From positions 21,080,001-21,144,000 of the forward strand of contig NC_135909.1 in NCBI RefSeq assembly GCF_964194155.1: 64,000 bases of DNA, read 5' to 3'. The notes under the pieces are model-generated. The model searched no databases, had not been told where the DNA came from, and saw only the letters and a program-made list of their open reading frames with translations. Source of the stretch: Cetorhinus maximus (lineage: Eukaryota). The position numbers and the translations under genes were made by a program. Position 1 is the first letter of the stretch. Every line of letters starts with the position of its first letter. Below, piece after piece: positions 36,344-47,299 of the stretch.

Positions 36344-37082
36344 TGTTCTTGCAATTTGTATTTTTTATTTCGAGATGCGTGCCTTGAATTCAGTAGTAAT
36401 AAGACAACTGAGTCTTAGAGGGTTTTTACCAAACTAAATTAAACATTTATTAATAAAATAAACAATTGTAAGCACATACATAGGACTAAAAATTACGACT
36501 ATAATAACTCCTCGAATCCCTAATTAATCTAGCTCACAGTTACACCTCCGGTAAGGCAACAGTAAAACAACATAGATTTCAACAGACCCAGTCAAAGCAG
36601 ACAATACCCTGGACGGCAATATTTAAAATGGACTATTTTAGCTTCAGTTCCTGGAGACAGCAGCTTGGTACACAGAGGCTGGAGGCTTTTCACACATGTT
36701 AGACCTTAGAATCCTTCTTCTCACATATGACCTCATCTGTTTTATACAGGTTTCTCGCATTTTAACGTAAATCCCATTCTTCCAATATGTCTTTGCAACT
36801 TTTTCCATAATATAAATTTTCCATAGTACTCCCATTATCAGTAATCTTTGGGAAATATGAACACACTGTTTGGCTTAACCTCTGTTGGCTCAGTGTAGCA
36901 TCTTACAATCTCTTTGAAATTCACGACTTTGGTTTCTCTAAAAATGCAAATGTTCTTCACACCTCACATTCTAAAACTTCAGCCATATTTATGTACTTAG
37001 CATTTCAAACCAAGTTTCCCTTCGGATACATCAGAGCACCCAGACCAGCTGTCTATAATTCAATTCAGCGGCATCTGTAACA
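36344..37082 (-). mobile_element. Probable solo-LTR-like insertion inside the Harbinger remnant
   Basis: Starts TGTT and ends TAACA on plus; AATAAA on minus near 36447; both junctions carry ACAGCTG, so the TSD/terminus split is ambiguous. Confidence 0.4.
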
Positions 37083-38616
37083 GCTGCTTCCATGATACAG
37101 ATCACTGCCTCCTCCAGAGGGCTCAGGTGATGCAGGCGTGCATGTCCTCCTCTGGTTCTGCTCTGCTCCCTGTGGTTATGGATCACATTGTCCTGTGAAA
37201 GACCAAATAGAGAATGTCAGTGAGTGTGCTGAGTGTTTGAGTGATTTGTGTTTGAGTGATGTGGGTATCACAGTTGGAGGAGGTGGAGTTGTGTGAAGTC
37301 TCTGAGAGCTGTGTGCGAGGTTGGCAGCATTTCTGAGTGTTTGAGGCGGAGCATCTGAATGTTAGACCCAAGTCCTGACCGCCCGGGATTGCTAATGGGT
37401 GAGTGATGGGAGTGTGGTGTATGAAGCAGTGTGAGAGGTGGCTACTGTGGTGTGTAGGGAATGTCACGTGAAGATGTGGCAAACAGTCAGGATGATACCA
37501 ATCAACTACAACAGGACAGAGATAGACTAGTAGAATGGGCAGGCAAGTGGGAGATGGAATTTAATACAGAGAAGTTTGAGGTGATGCAGTTTGGAAGAAG
37601 GGATGGGGGAGGAAATCAGTTCAAAATAGTATGCAAGGTCATAGGGATGTGGGGGTTTATGTACATGGGTCTTTGAAGGTGGCAGCAGGTTTTGAGAATA
37701 CTTAGCAAAACATTTGGAACTTTGGGCTTCATAGATAGAGGTATTGAGTACAAAAACAGGGAAGTTATGATGAACATTTATAAAGCCCTGGTTAGGCCAC
37801 AATTAGACTATTGCTTCCAGTTTTGGTCACTATGCTTTAGGAATGAAGTGAGGGTCCCCGAGAGGGTTCAGAGGAGATTTCCTGGAATGGTTCCAGGGAT
37901 AAGGGATTTCAGCTGGAAGGTTAGGTTGGAGAAGCTGGAGGTTGGAGCTGGGGTTGTTCTCGTTGCTGAGAGGGAGATTGAGAGTAGGTTTGATAGAAGT
38001 GGACAAGATTATGACAGTGTCAGATAAGGTAGACAAGAAAACCTGTTCCCATCAGCAAATCGTACAAGAACTCAGGTACACAGATTTACAGATTATGGGG
38101 GCGGGGAGGGGGGGTTGTAGAGTTTGGAGGAGGGAGAAATGAAGCACATTTTATTTTTGACTCAGCAAGTGGTGATGACCTGGAAGTCGCTGCCTTCGAG
38201 GTTAGTAAAAGCAGAGATAAACAATGGTTTCAAAAGGAACTTGTTTGAACGCTTGGGGGAATTAAACATGCAGGGATATGGTCATCGAGCAGGTCAATGG
38301 GACTGGCTGGATTGCCCTACACAGAGCTGGCTTGGACTCTTCTGTGCTCTATGACATCATCATTCCTGACCAAAGTGAGGGAATTGAGCTTCAGGTGACC
38401 CTGCTGTCAGCTCATTGGGGTTAGACTCTGGGAATTGAGCACCATAATTGCCTCCTGATGGTGTTGCTTTAGGGTCTCTGGCACAGAGCACCCCCACCCC
38501 ACAGTTCCCCATACACTGCAGAGAAGTGGGCTCTCTCTTCCATCCAAGCCCTGGACTGTTGCCTTTAGAGCTGCATCCAAGAACCTGGGATCCCTTTCTC
38601 TTCCGTGTTGCTCCAT
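37083..38616 (-). pseudogene. Decayed two-exon Myb/SANT-like gene of PIF/Harbinger type, intron split by a CR1
   Basis: Exon 1 (~38360-38616) MEQHGRERDPRFLDAALKA...VLNSQSLTPMS*QQ...NSLTLVR; exon 2 after TTTCACAG (~37192) DNVIHNHREQSRTRGGHARLHHLSPLEEAV, resembling the RAPRFSD..LE / HN.RE..RTGGG / LSPLEE pattern of this family. Confidence 0.6.
37455..38355 (+). mobile_element. 5'-truncated CR1 LINE (3' end)
   Basis: LQQDRDRLVEWAGKWEMEFNTEK, YKALVRPQLDYC.QFWS, ERVQRR; tail ttctgtgctctatgac. Confidence 0.9.
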
Positions 38617-38863
38617 TTCGAGTGCTTTGTTTTACAGGCAATTTTTGCAAGTCGGCAGCAGCTTCCTTACAATTAGTGCAGTTCCCCTTTAAGAGGGGCA
38701 GGCTCGCTGGAACAGTAGCCATGCAAAACTGCTTTTCCTCCCTTTCAGGTATTCAGCAACCTAACCTCACAGTGAGCTCTTGCCTGAAGGCTACACTCAT
38801 GAAAATGAGTATAGAGGAAGAAGGGCAACACCTTTTACCCATAATAAGTTCAGTGAGTGACTC

Positions 38864-38867
<4 letters not shown>

Positions 38868-38897
<30 letters not shown>
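38868..38897 (+). repeat. (TG)n microsatellite
   Basis: About 15 TG units. Confidence 0.95.
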
Positions 38898-38898
<1 letters not shown>

Positions 38899-39759
38899 TT
38901 ATAAAAACAGCAAATTCTCCGAGATTAGATACAGAACATTTCTACTCCAGCATCCTGATACTGACTCTGAGGAACTCCATGGAAGATAATGAAAACTCTC
39001 TTCCTGCTGATTCAATTTCTGCTCCTGACTCAGCCAAGTCCGACTGCAGGGAATGGGTTTCTCCATCCTGATAGTAAACACCGGCACATTTCCCCAATCC
39101 CTTCACAGCCAGTGTTCAGACAGGATTCTTTTCAAACTACATTATTCTCTTTCAATTTCACAGTTTAATTGTTTGAACATCACAATATAATTGGTTGAAT
39201 TGTTATTTATGAAAGACTGAAGAATTTAATGTAAACCAGTTGCACAGGTAAATTCCCTGAATGATTAGTCACTATCTGAGCGGCTGGAGGGGATGGTGGG
39301 TGTTGAGGGCTGATCCAAATAGACCAACAAGAAAAGGGCAGTGCCGAGTTGGTGGATCACAGCCGGATGAGTTACTCAGTTGGGAGACTCTGTAATTGGC
39401 CTCAGTACCCAGGAACCACAGAGGAGTAACTCCCAGTTGCTGCTCCCCATCGCTGCTACCTGCTGCAGTGTGAGAGTGCAGATTGTGAGTGAGGACAGAG
39501 TCGGCAGTTCCCTCAGTCCCTTTCCTCCACATGCACTGTCCAGTCTAACAGGTGAAGAATGAGGAATTCGGAGCGATACTGGAGGTGTCTGTGGGATCAA
39601 TCCCCAGGCATGAGTCAGCTTTTCATAATGAGGGCAAGGAGTGAGAGTAAGAGGGTTTAAGACAGGTTTATTTAAATTGATTAATACTGCAGCTTTCACA
39701 CAGATTGGGTTGTGAGAACACAGATTGTGTAGATAAGAGAAGTGGTTTATTTATCCATT

Positions 39760-40172
39760 GTCACTCTGCCTCAGTTGGGAGTTGAGTGAACAAATTGTGG
39801 GTTGATGTCCCACTCCAGTAGATCCAGACCAGCACTGGGGGAGTGCTGCACTGTTGGAGGTGTCATGTTTTGGATGAAAAGTTAAACTGAGACCCTGTCT
39901 ACCTGTTAATACCAAAGGTTATATCTGGTACATTATTTGAAGAGCTGGCAGTTCTCCCCGTGTCTTGGAACAACATCACTCTCTCAACCAACATGACCAG
40001 AAACTCCTCACCCCGTCAAATCTCATTCACTCTTTGTGAGACTTTGCTGAAAGCTGATTGGCTTCAATGTTTCCTATAGAACAGTATCAGTACTTCAGAA
40101 GCAATCGCCAGTCTGTGAAACTCTTTGGACTCTTCTCATGACAGGAAAGGTTTGATATAAATGTCCGATTTT
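39760..40172 (+). mobile_element. DeuSINE-superfamily SINE (SacSINE1-like)
   Basis: gggagtgctgcactgttggaggtg..ttttggatga..gttaaactgag and gttctccccgtgtcttgg..ccctcaacc-type Deu-domain sequence; 3' end gaaagg..tatataaatg-like; family name is from recall. Confidence 0.65.
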
Positions 40173-41443
40173 TCATTTCACTCTCTCTGGTCTGAGATTG
40201 TGGGTCTGGTGGGGTCCAATCTGAGAAAAATCCCTTGGACTGCCCTTCCGGACAGAGAATGAGTCTGTACAGGTTGAGGGGAGGGAGGGATGTGTGGGTT
40301 TTAATTAAAAATAAAAGAGGTGAGGTTGATGTGTGATCCAGAGTCATTCCAGTAATACTGACAGAGTCAGCTTCAGGTTTTCACATTGATCTCCCTCCCT
40401 CTGTGTGCAGAAGAATCACTCAATTCATTCTTCATTTTGGATTTTAGTGTACAGGCGGGCTTGCTTTGTGAATGGAGGATAAACTGTTCAAAAGGCCTGT
40501 GAGGAAACTGGGGAGTTTCTCTTTAGAGAACCTGACCAGTCAATATGTTGTGTTCGAATACAGTGAAAGATCTGGTGATGGATTCCCAGCAGCCCGAGCT
40601 CTCCAAGTTCTTACTGCATGAAATCTTCGTTCCTGGGAAACAGGCTGTTTGATTGTTTCAGTCCAGTGAGCCCTGACCCTGTGTTCCTGCTGTCTGAATA
40701 ATGGGCTGTACTCTGAAATAAAACTTACTGCTTTGATCACAGCTTCATATCCATGTCTTGTTTCTCCTTAGGATCAGTGTGTCCCAGGACAAGGTGTTTA
40801 GGGATGAATGAGGCTGGGAGAAGATGTGGGAATTGCAAGGAATGGGAAGTGGGGAATCACTCCAGAGAATCTCTGAAAGTTCAGAATAACCCAATAAGGA
40901 AGGGACTGAGAGAAGACAGGGGTCTTAGGGTGTCAGCACTCTGACCATCCACAGAGCAAGCTATCTCACAAATATCAGAGGTGGGAGAAGGAGCGAAGGC
41001 GATGGTAGGCGTTTAAGGGGACGAGGAAAGTGGGTCGGGAATTGGTTCATGGGGTGGGGAAGGGTTTCAAAGGGAGGATTGGTGGCTAAGGGGCAGAGAA
41101 GGGGTTGGGAAGAGGAATGTTTTCGAACGTACGAACATATGAAGATAGGAATTCGGAGCAGGAGTCGGTCAATCAGGCCCTCGAGCCCGCTCTGCCATTT
41201 GATAAGATCATGATCGATCTGATCGCGGCCTCAACTCCACATTCCGCCTGTCCCCATAACCTTTCACTCCCTTGTCAGTCAGGGGAAAAAAATCACCCTG
41301 GCTGCTGCAATTTCAATAAGATGGACATTGTTGCAGATTGAAGGAGCATCTCCTTCACTCCCATTGAGGGAGCAGGAGAATCCAGCGGGAATTGCTCACT
41401 TTTCATGGCTTCCTGGGAATTGACCAAGTTTCGCTGGAAGCAG

Positions 41444-41513
41444 CAGCGAGACAGGGACTGGAATCCTCGGCCCTCAGATTACAAAGCTGATCCTTTCCCA
41501 ATGGGTCAGAGGC
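41444..41513 (-). pseudogene. Degenerate tRNA-Lys(TTT)-like sequence
   Basis: Reverse complement ...GGAAAGGATCAGCTTTGTAATCTGAGGGCCGAGGATTCCAGTCCCTGT vs Lys-TTT GTAGAGCATCAGACTTTTAATCTGAGGGTCCAGGGTTCAAGTCCCTGT. Confidence 0.5.
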
Positions 41514-41979
41514 TGGGGAAAGGGCTTTACCAGGTGGGGAAGAGTTTCAGTGGGTGGGGAAGGAGATCAGGAGGAGGAGACGAGGGTGCAGTGTTGATGG
41601 GAGGGGGATTGGGGCTCGTTCAGTGGTGCAGGGCTGTAGACGGGTTTCAGAGGGTGCGGCCATCACATACAAAATAGGCTGAGTGGCCTTTTCAGTGTTT
41701 TCTGTGACTCCTTTCTATGTTTCTATGAAAAAAGCAAAATATTGCATGTAAATATTTTCCTTCACAAACTCAGAACATCCCAAAGAGCTTTACAGACAAT
41801 GAATTCCTTTTAAAGTGTAGTCACTGCTGTGGGAAATACAGAAACTACATTTCACTGATGTCAATTAAAACAGTAACTGGACTGCGTAAAGCCAGAGGGT
41901 GAGAGAGGAGGAACCCGGGGGAGAGGAAGGGGGAAACAAATGGAGGGAATGGGATCCAGGTAGGGGAAGGAGGAAAGCA

Positions 41980-43260
41980 AGATACAGGCAGAGTGGTTTC
42001 GGGAGGGAATTCCAGAGCTTAGGGCCCAGGAGCTGAAGGCACAGCCACCAGTGATGGAGTGATTAAAATCAGGGATGTCCTGACATTAGTGGAGCTCAGA
42101 TTTCTCAGAGCATTGTCGGCCTGGAGGAGATTCCAGAGATAGGGAGAGGTGAGGTCATGAAGGAATTTCAAAACAAGGGTGAGAATTTTATAATTGAGAC
42201 CAGGATGCGGTATAGGTTAACGTGCTCAGGGGTGATGGGTGACCGCCATTTGGAGTGAACTCAGATCCAGGAAGCAGAGTTTTGGATGAGCTTCACTCTC
42301 TGGAGGGTGAAAAATGGGAGATTGGCCGGGAGTGTGTTTGAATGGTCAAATCTAGAGGTAACAAAAGCATGGACGAGGGTTTGAGCAGTGGATCAAGGTT
42401 TCAGGTACAGGTGAGTTGAGGCATAGTGACATGGGAAGGTTGTGGCATAGCGGTGTTGGTAATTATTGGTAATTAACTAGATTGGTAATCCAGAGACCTC
42501 GGGTAATGCCCTGGGGACTCTGGGTTCAAATCCCACCACGGCAGATGGTGGATATTGAATTCAGTATAAAAAAAAGTCTAATGATGACCATGAAACCATT
42601 GTCAATTGTTGTAAAAACCCATCTGGTTCACTAATTTCCTTTAGGGAAGGAAATCTGCCGTCCTTACCTGGTCTGGCCTACATGTGAGCCTCAAGGGCAA
42701 TTAGGGATGGACAATAAATGCTGACCTAGCCAGCGACACTCACATTAAAATAAAATGTGCAATGTTACAGACCTGGGAATAGGTGATCTTGGTGAAGGAA
42801 CTGGTATGTGGTCAGAAGCTCATTTCAGGGTGAAGTGAGGTGCCGAGGTTATGAGAGTTTGTTTCAGTCTCAGACAGTGACCAGGGAGAGGGATAGAGTA
42901 AGTGACTGGGAATGGAGTTTGTAGTGTGGTCTTTGGTCTTCTGAATATTTAGTTGGGGGAATTTTCTGCTTATCCAGTAAAACATGTTGGATAAGAAGTC
43001 TGGTCATTTAATGACAGTGGAGGGGTTGTGAGAGGTGATGGTGAAGTGGAGCTGGGTGTTATCAGCATACATGTAATAACTAACACTGTGTTTTCAGGTA
43101 ATGTCACCCACGGGCAGCATATTGATGAGAAATAGGAGGAGCCAAGGATATATCCCTGGGGGATTGCAGAGGTAACAGAGCAGGAGTGGGAAGAGAAGCC
43201 ATTGCAGGTGATACTCTGGAAAGATTAGAATGGGAACAGGCGAGTGCAGCCTGACCCAGC
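41980..43260 (-). mobile_element. L2-type LINE fragment, interrupted by a SINE
   Basis: Minus strand reads HMYADNTQLHF (~43045-43075), LLFLINMLPVGDI, AFVTSRFDHSN, LNIQKTK. Confidence 0.75.
42432..42752 (+). mobile_element. tRNA-derived SINE (internally deleted)
   Basis: tggcatagcgg A box, gggttcaaatccc B box, tail caagggcaattagggatggacaataaatgctgacctagccagcgac shared with the LINE 3' end at 31760-31820. Confidence 0.85.
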
Positions 43261-43884
43261 TGATCAATCCCTCCTCATCCTTCTCAACCGTTGACATTGT
43301 TGACTTCACCATCCTCCTCCAATGTCTTTCCACTGTCAGGTCAGTGTTCACAGCAGATGAAGATGATAATGTACCTGACATTCCAGGAAAACCAATGATG
43401 ATTCAAGGACTAGGGGTCAGTAAAGTTAACAAGTGTAGCGAAGACGTGAGTTCTTGATCACCTGTATCTTGGGATCCACGTCAATGTGTGTGGTGAGTGT
43501 GACAGGATAGGGGCATTCTGCTCAGTCAGGAACACCCAGACTAACTGTAAGAGAGAAGCTGTAATTCAAACCAAAGAATGAGGGATATCCACTCAGAGGA
43601 AACTGAGCCTGAGAGAGAGTACAGGGAAATCCCAGCCCTGTATGTGCTGAATGAGCTACTTTCACCAGGTGTGGTGCAGAGACACACAGGCACACAGTAT
43701 CTATTCACAGCCTGTGCTCAGTGAGGTGCTCTCACCCAGGCACTGAAACCCACACATGGAGCACAGGAAGATCCCAGTCTCTGTGCTGAGTGGTCTGACT
43801 CCAGGGGTTTGATGAATTACTGCAACACCTCCACTGGCGAGGCTGGTGAACTGCAGCATGACATGTTTACATAGGAAGCTGCCA

Positions 43885-44170
43885 TTGGAAACCCTGAGCA
43901 GAGAATTCCAAAGATTCACAGTGATGAAATTTCCCCTCATCTCAGTCCTAAATGATCATTATCTGAGACAGTGCTCGTGTTTTAGATTCCCCAATCAGCG
44001 GAAACAATCTCCCAGTTTTTACCGTATCAAGCCCCATTCAGAATCTTGTATGTTTCAATGAGATCGCCTCTCATTCTTCCAAACACTAGAGAGATAAAAA
44101 AGCCAAATTTGATCAGCGTCTCATCGTAGGACAATCACCACATCCCAGGGACCACTTTAGTGAAACTTTG
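43885..44170 (-). mobile_element. CR1 3' fragment
   Basis: agagaattccaaagattcac..gaaatttcccctcatctcagtcctaaatg, the CR1 tail region in reverse; similar fragments at 26855-27040, 41130-41280 and 48505-48945. Confidence 0.75.
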
Positions 44171-44765
44171 CTTCGGTTTTAAAATTCACTCCCAATTCAG
44201 TTTGATAGTTTCACATCGAAGGAACAATCTGTAATGGGCAGGTAGGAAGACCCATTCACAACATTCTGTAATGGGACCCAGTCCAATTCAATCATTGTAA
44301 AGATAACACATCACAGATTAGAGATTGGTGCCTGGTGACAGGAGCAGCCGAGGGAGTGAATCCAGAGTCCAGGCTTCTGGTGTAAGAAGTTAGAAAGTGA
44401 CATTAAAGTTTCTGCACCCCAGCGGTTAAAGGTTAATGAATTAACATTTCCCAACAAGTAAACACACTGGAAAAGGAGAAGACTGGCACATTCCCTTTAA
44501 ATCCACTTTAACTGAGTGGGAGGAGGTGGAACATTAACAGGTGAGGCCAAGAAATTGGACAAAGGGTCAGGGACCAATGTTCAGTTTACATCACAAACAC
44601 TGAATAGAGAAACAGACATTCCGCTGGGAGAGAAACTGCATTTTGGAGAAACATGTGATCGGATTGGAAAGCATTGGAAAATTGACCTACATTCCTCCAG
44701 CAAGATATTTATCATTAACTCAATATGGGAAAAGATGGTGCAGCTTTTTCAGAGAGATTGTGGGT

Positions 44766-44781
44766 GGCTCTTAAAAGAGCC
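44766..44781 (-). terminator. Histone 3' stem-loop of the H2B pseudogene
   Basis: Reverse complement GGCTCTTTTAAGAGCC followed by ACCCA and a purine-rich HDE-like GAAAAAGCTG. Confidence 0.92.
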
Positions 44782-44818
44782 GTTGTGTTGTGAATGTTTT
44801 TCAGTCCATTGTGGGGTT

Positions 44819-45175
44819 TTACTTGGAGCTGGTGTACTTGGTCACCGCCTTTGTCCCTTCCGACACGGCGTGCTTGGCCAGTTCCCCGGGCAGCAGCAGG
44901 CGCACGGCGGTCTGGATCTCCCGGGAGCTGATGGTGCTGCGCTTGTTGTAATGGGCCAGGCGGGAAGCCTCACCCGCGATGCGCTCGAAAATATCGCTCA
45001 CGAACGAGTTCATGATGCTCATGGCCTTGGAGGAGATGCCGGTGTCGGGATGAACCTGCTTCATCACTTTGTAGATGTAGATGAAGTAACTCTCCTTCCT
45101 CAAATTTTCCTGAACATTCCTGCCCTTTACTCAGAGGTTTCTTTCACCCTTTCTTGGCAACTGTTTCCTTCTCTT
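44819..45175 (-). pseudogene. H2B: Histone H2B pseudogene (histone fold intact; N-terminal tail decayed; no start codon or promoter adjacent)
   Basis: [27 protein letters not shown]...KYTSSK*; upstream reads GAA GAG AAG GAA ACA GTT GCC AAG AAA GGG TGA with a later frameshift, then the poly(A) of a LINE. Confidence 0.9.
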
Positions 45176-47215
45176 CTTTTTTTGCCTCCAGAAATATACT
45201 TTATTCATAAAACGTATAGGAGTACATTGCAAACCATTTCAACTTGAAAATTACCGCAAGTGCAACAAAGTTCAACTTCTCCCCACCCCTAGGTGCCTTT
45301 CCACAGTTGTAATTCCCCTGATGTTTATAATATATGTTCCATGTCAGGAATACAGCCCAAGGGCAATTTTTTTCAAACTGAAACATTACAGAAACTGCAA
45401 CAGAACTCAACTTGCCTTCATGCAGCAAGTTCCTCTCTGAGGTGCTTCAATCTAATTTCTGTTACTCATGATATTCACAAAGTACAATCAATGTCAGGCA
45501 TACAGCCCCAGGGGTGCTATAAAATTCTTCAGGCCCTCAGTGCACTATGGGTGAAAGGCATTCAGCAGTGACATTTCCCCATTGAACCTCTGTGGTGGCT
45601 GTTCCAAGCTTTAATGTATTCCTCAGCACATAGTCTTGGATCTTGGAATGTGCCAGTCTATATCACTCAAAAGATAGGCAAGTTTCGGGCAGACCAAAGA
45701 GCTGATGATCCTACAGCTGCAGCTGATGTTTATCTTGGTGTGTGTCCCTGGGAACAGGCCATAGAGCACTGAGTCCTACATCACAGAGCTGCTCAGGATG
45801 AACCTCGACAAACACCACTGCATCTCTAGCCAGACCTTCTTGGAAAAGGTACATCCCAGAAGGTGCAGAACAATGGTCTCTTCTCCACTACAGCCACCGA
45901 GTGTGATGAGCAGAAGGGGAGAGACTTTGGGCTTGGAGGAAGGACATGATGGGGAGGACCTTTCTCACCACCAGCCAAGCTACATCCTAGGGGTTGTTTG
46001 AAAGTTCTGGTGATGAGGCTTTCTGCCAAAAGACTTTGATAGTTCACTGAGCAGGCTATCTGACAGAATCTACCATTGCCTTATCCTGCTGTACCTGTAG
46101 ATCATTACGTGGGTACCACTGCTGGATGGAGTTGTCCTCAAAGATGTTTTTCTGCATAAAATTTTCTATAAGTGATCCATCCTCATGACACCGGGTCAGG
46201 TAGAACCTCAGCACATATTGACACTTGGTGTTTGCTTCCTGAGGGTCTATGCACAGCTTGATGCAGCCACACACAACAGGGCCATTAGGATGAGGGTGAT
46301 GTTGGTCACATTTTGTCCCCATCTATCTAGAGGTTTGTATGCCATGTCCCTGTGAACATGGTCCATTTTCAACCTCCGGATAAAGCAGAAGAAAGCTCGG
46401 GTGATCACCACAGTGTAGGAGTGATGAAAGGGCCAAACCTGCACCATGTACAACATCAAGAGTGTTATTACCTGATGACCAGTTTCTTAGCAGTGATGGA
46501 GAGGGAGCGTCGCTCCCGCATGCCCAGTTTTTCTTTGACCATAGCTACTTGCTCCTTTCAGTCTCCAGTCCATGCCCAGGACCATATCCCCAGCACCTTC
46601 AGGCAGCCTGACCTGACAGTGAAGGGGACAAAGAAATGGTCAGCCTAGGTCCCCAAAGAACATGACGTCACTCTTGACACAATTTAGCTTGGCTCCCGAG
46701 GCCAGTTTGAACCAATCACAGGTCTGTACACTATCAGTGGATCCAAGCAGAAGACGATGACGTTGTCCATGTACAGGGAGGCTTTGACCTGAGTGCCTCC
46801 GCTGCCTGGGATTGTCACCCTTCTTATACCCGAATCCTTCCTGATGGACTCAGCAAAATGTCCTATGCAAAATATGAACAGGAGAGGGGAGAGAGTGCTT
46901 CAGATTTATCAGAAAGATTTCCAATTCTCACCCATTGGCTGAAACTGCACTACTGAGGTTTATGTAGAGCAGCTGGACCCAACTGCAGATTCCCTCTCCA
47001 AACTCCATTTTGGAGGGCAGATCCATCAAGTAGGTGTGTGATATTCTGCCATAGGCCTTCTCCTGGCCCAAGCTGATGAGGTCGGTCTCCTGCCGCCCCC
47101 ATCCTGCAATTATTTCCCTGAGTAGTGAGAGGCTATCAGATATCTTCTTGCCATGTACAGTGCAGGTCCAGTCAGGGTGGATCACCAGCCCCAGAGCCCA
47201 TTGGAAATGGCCTTG
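45176..47215 (-). mobile_element. 5'-truncated Tx1/L1-clade LINE
   Basis: ISDSLSLLRE, SLGQEKAYGRISHTYL, ICSWVQLLY, ASLYMDNV (YMDD-like); minus-strand 3' end AATAAAGTATATTT...A8. Confidence 0.8.
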
Positions 47216-47299
47216 GACTGAATTTTGTAGTCCACATTCAGCAGTGAAATGGATCACACATTTCTAATTTCTTCCCTTTCCCGCTATTCAGCGATTGGA

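Noticed and set aside
44819-45103. 94-aa tailless H2B as a functional variant gene
   Set aside because: The ORF starts at TTG within decayed sequence and has no adjacent promoter; treated as a pseudogene
44516-45247. 243-aa plus-strand ORF (and the 147-aa ORF at 58391-58834)
   Set aside because: Antisense shadows of GC-rich H2B codons
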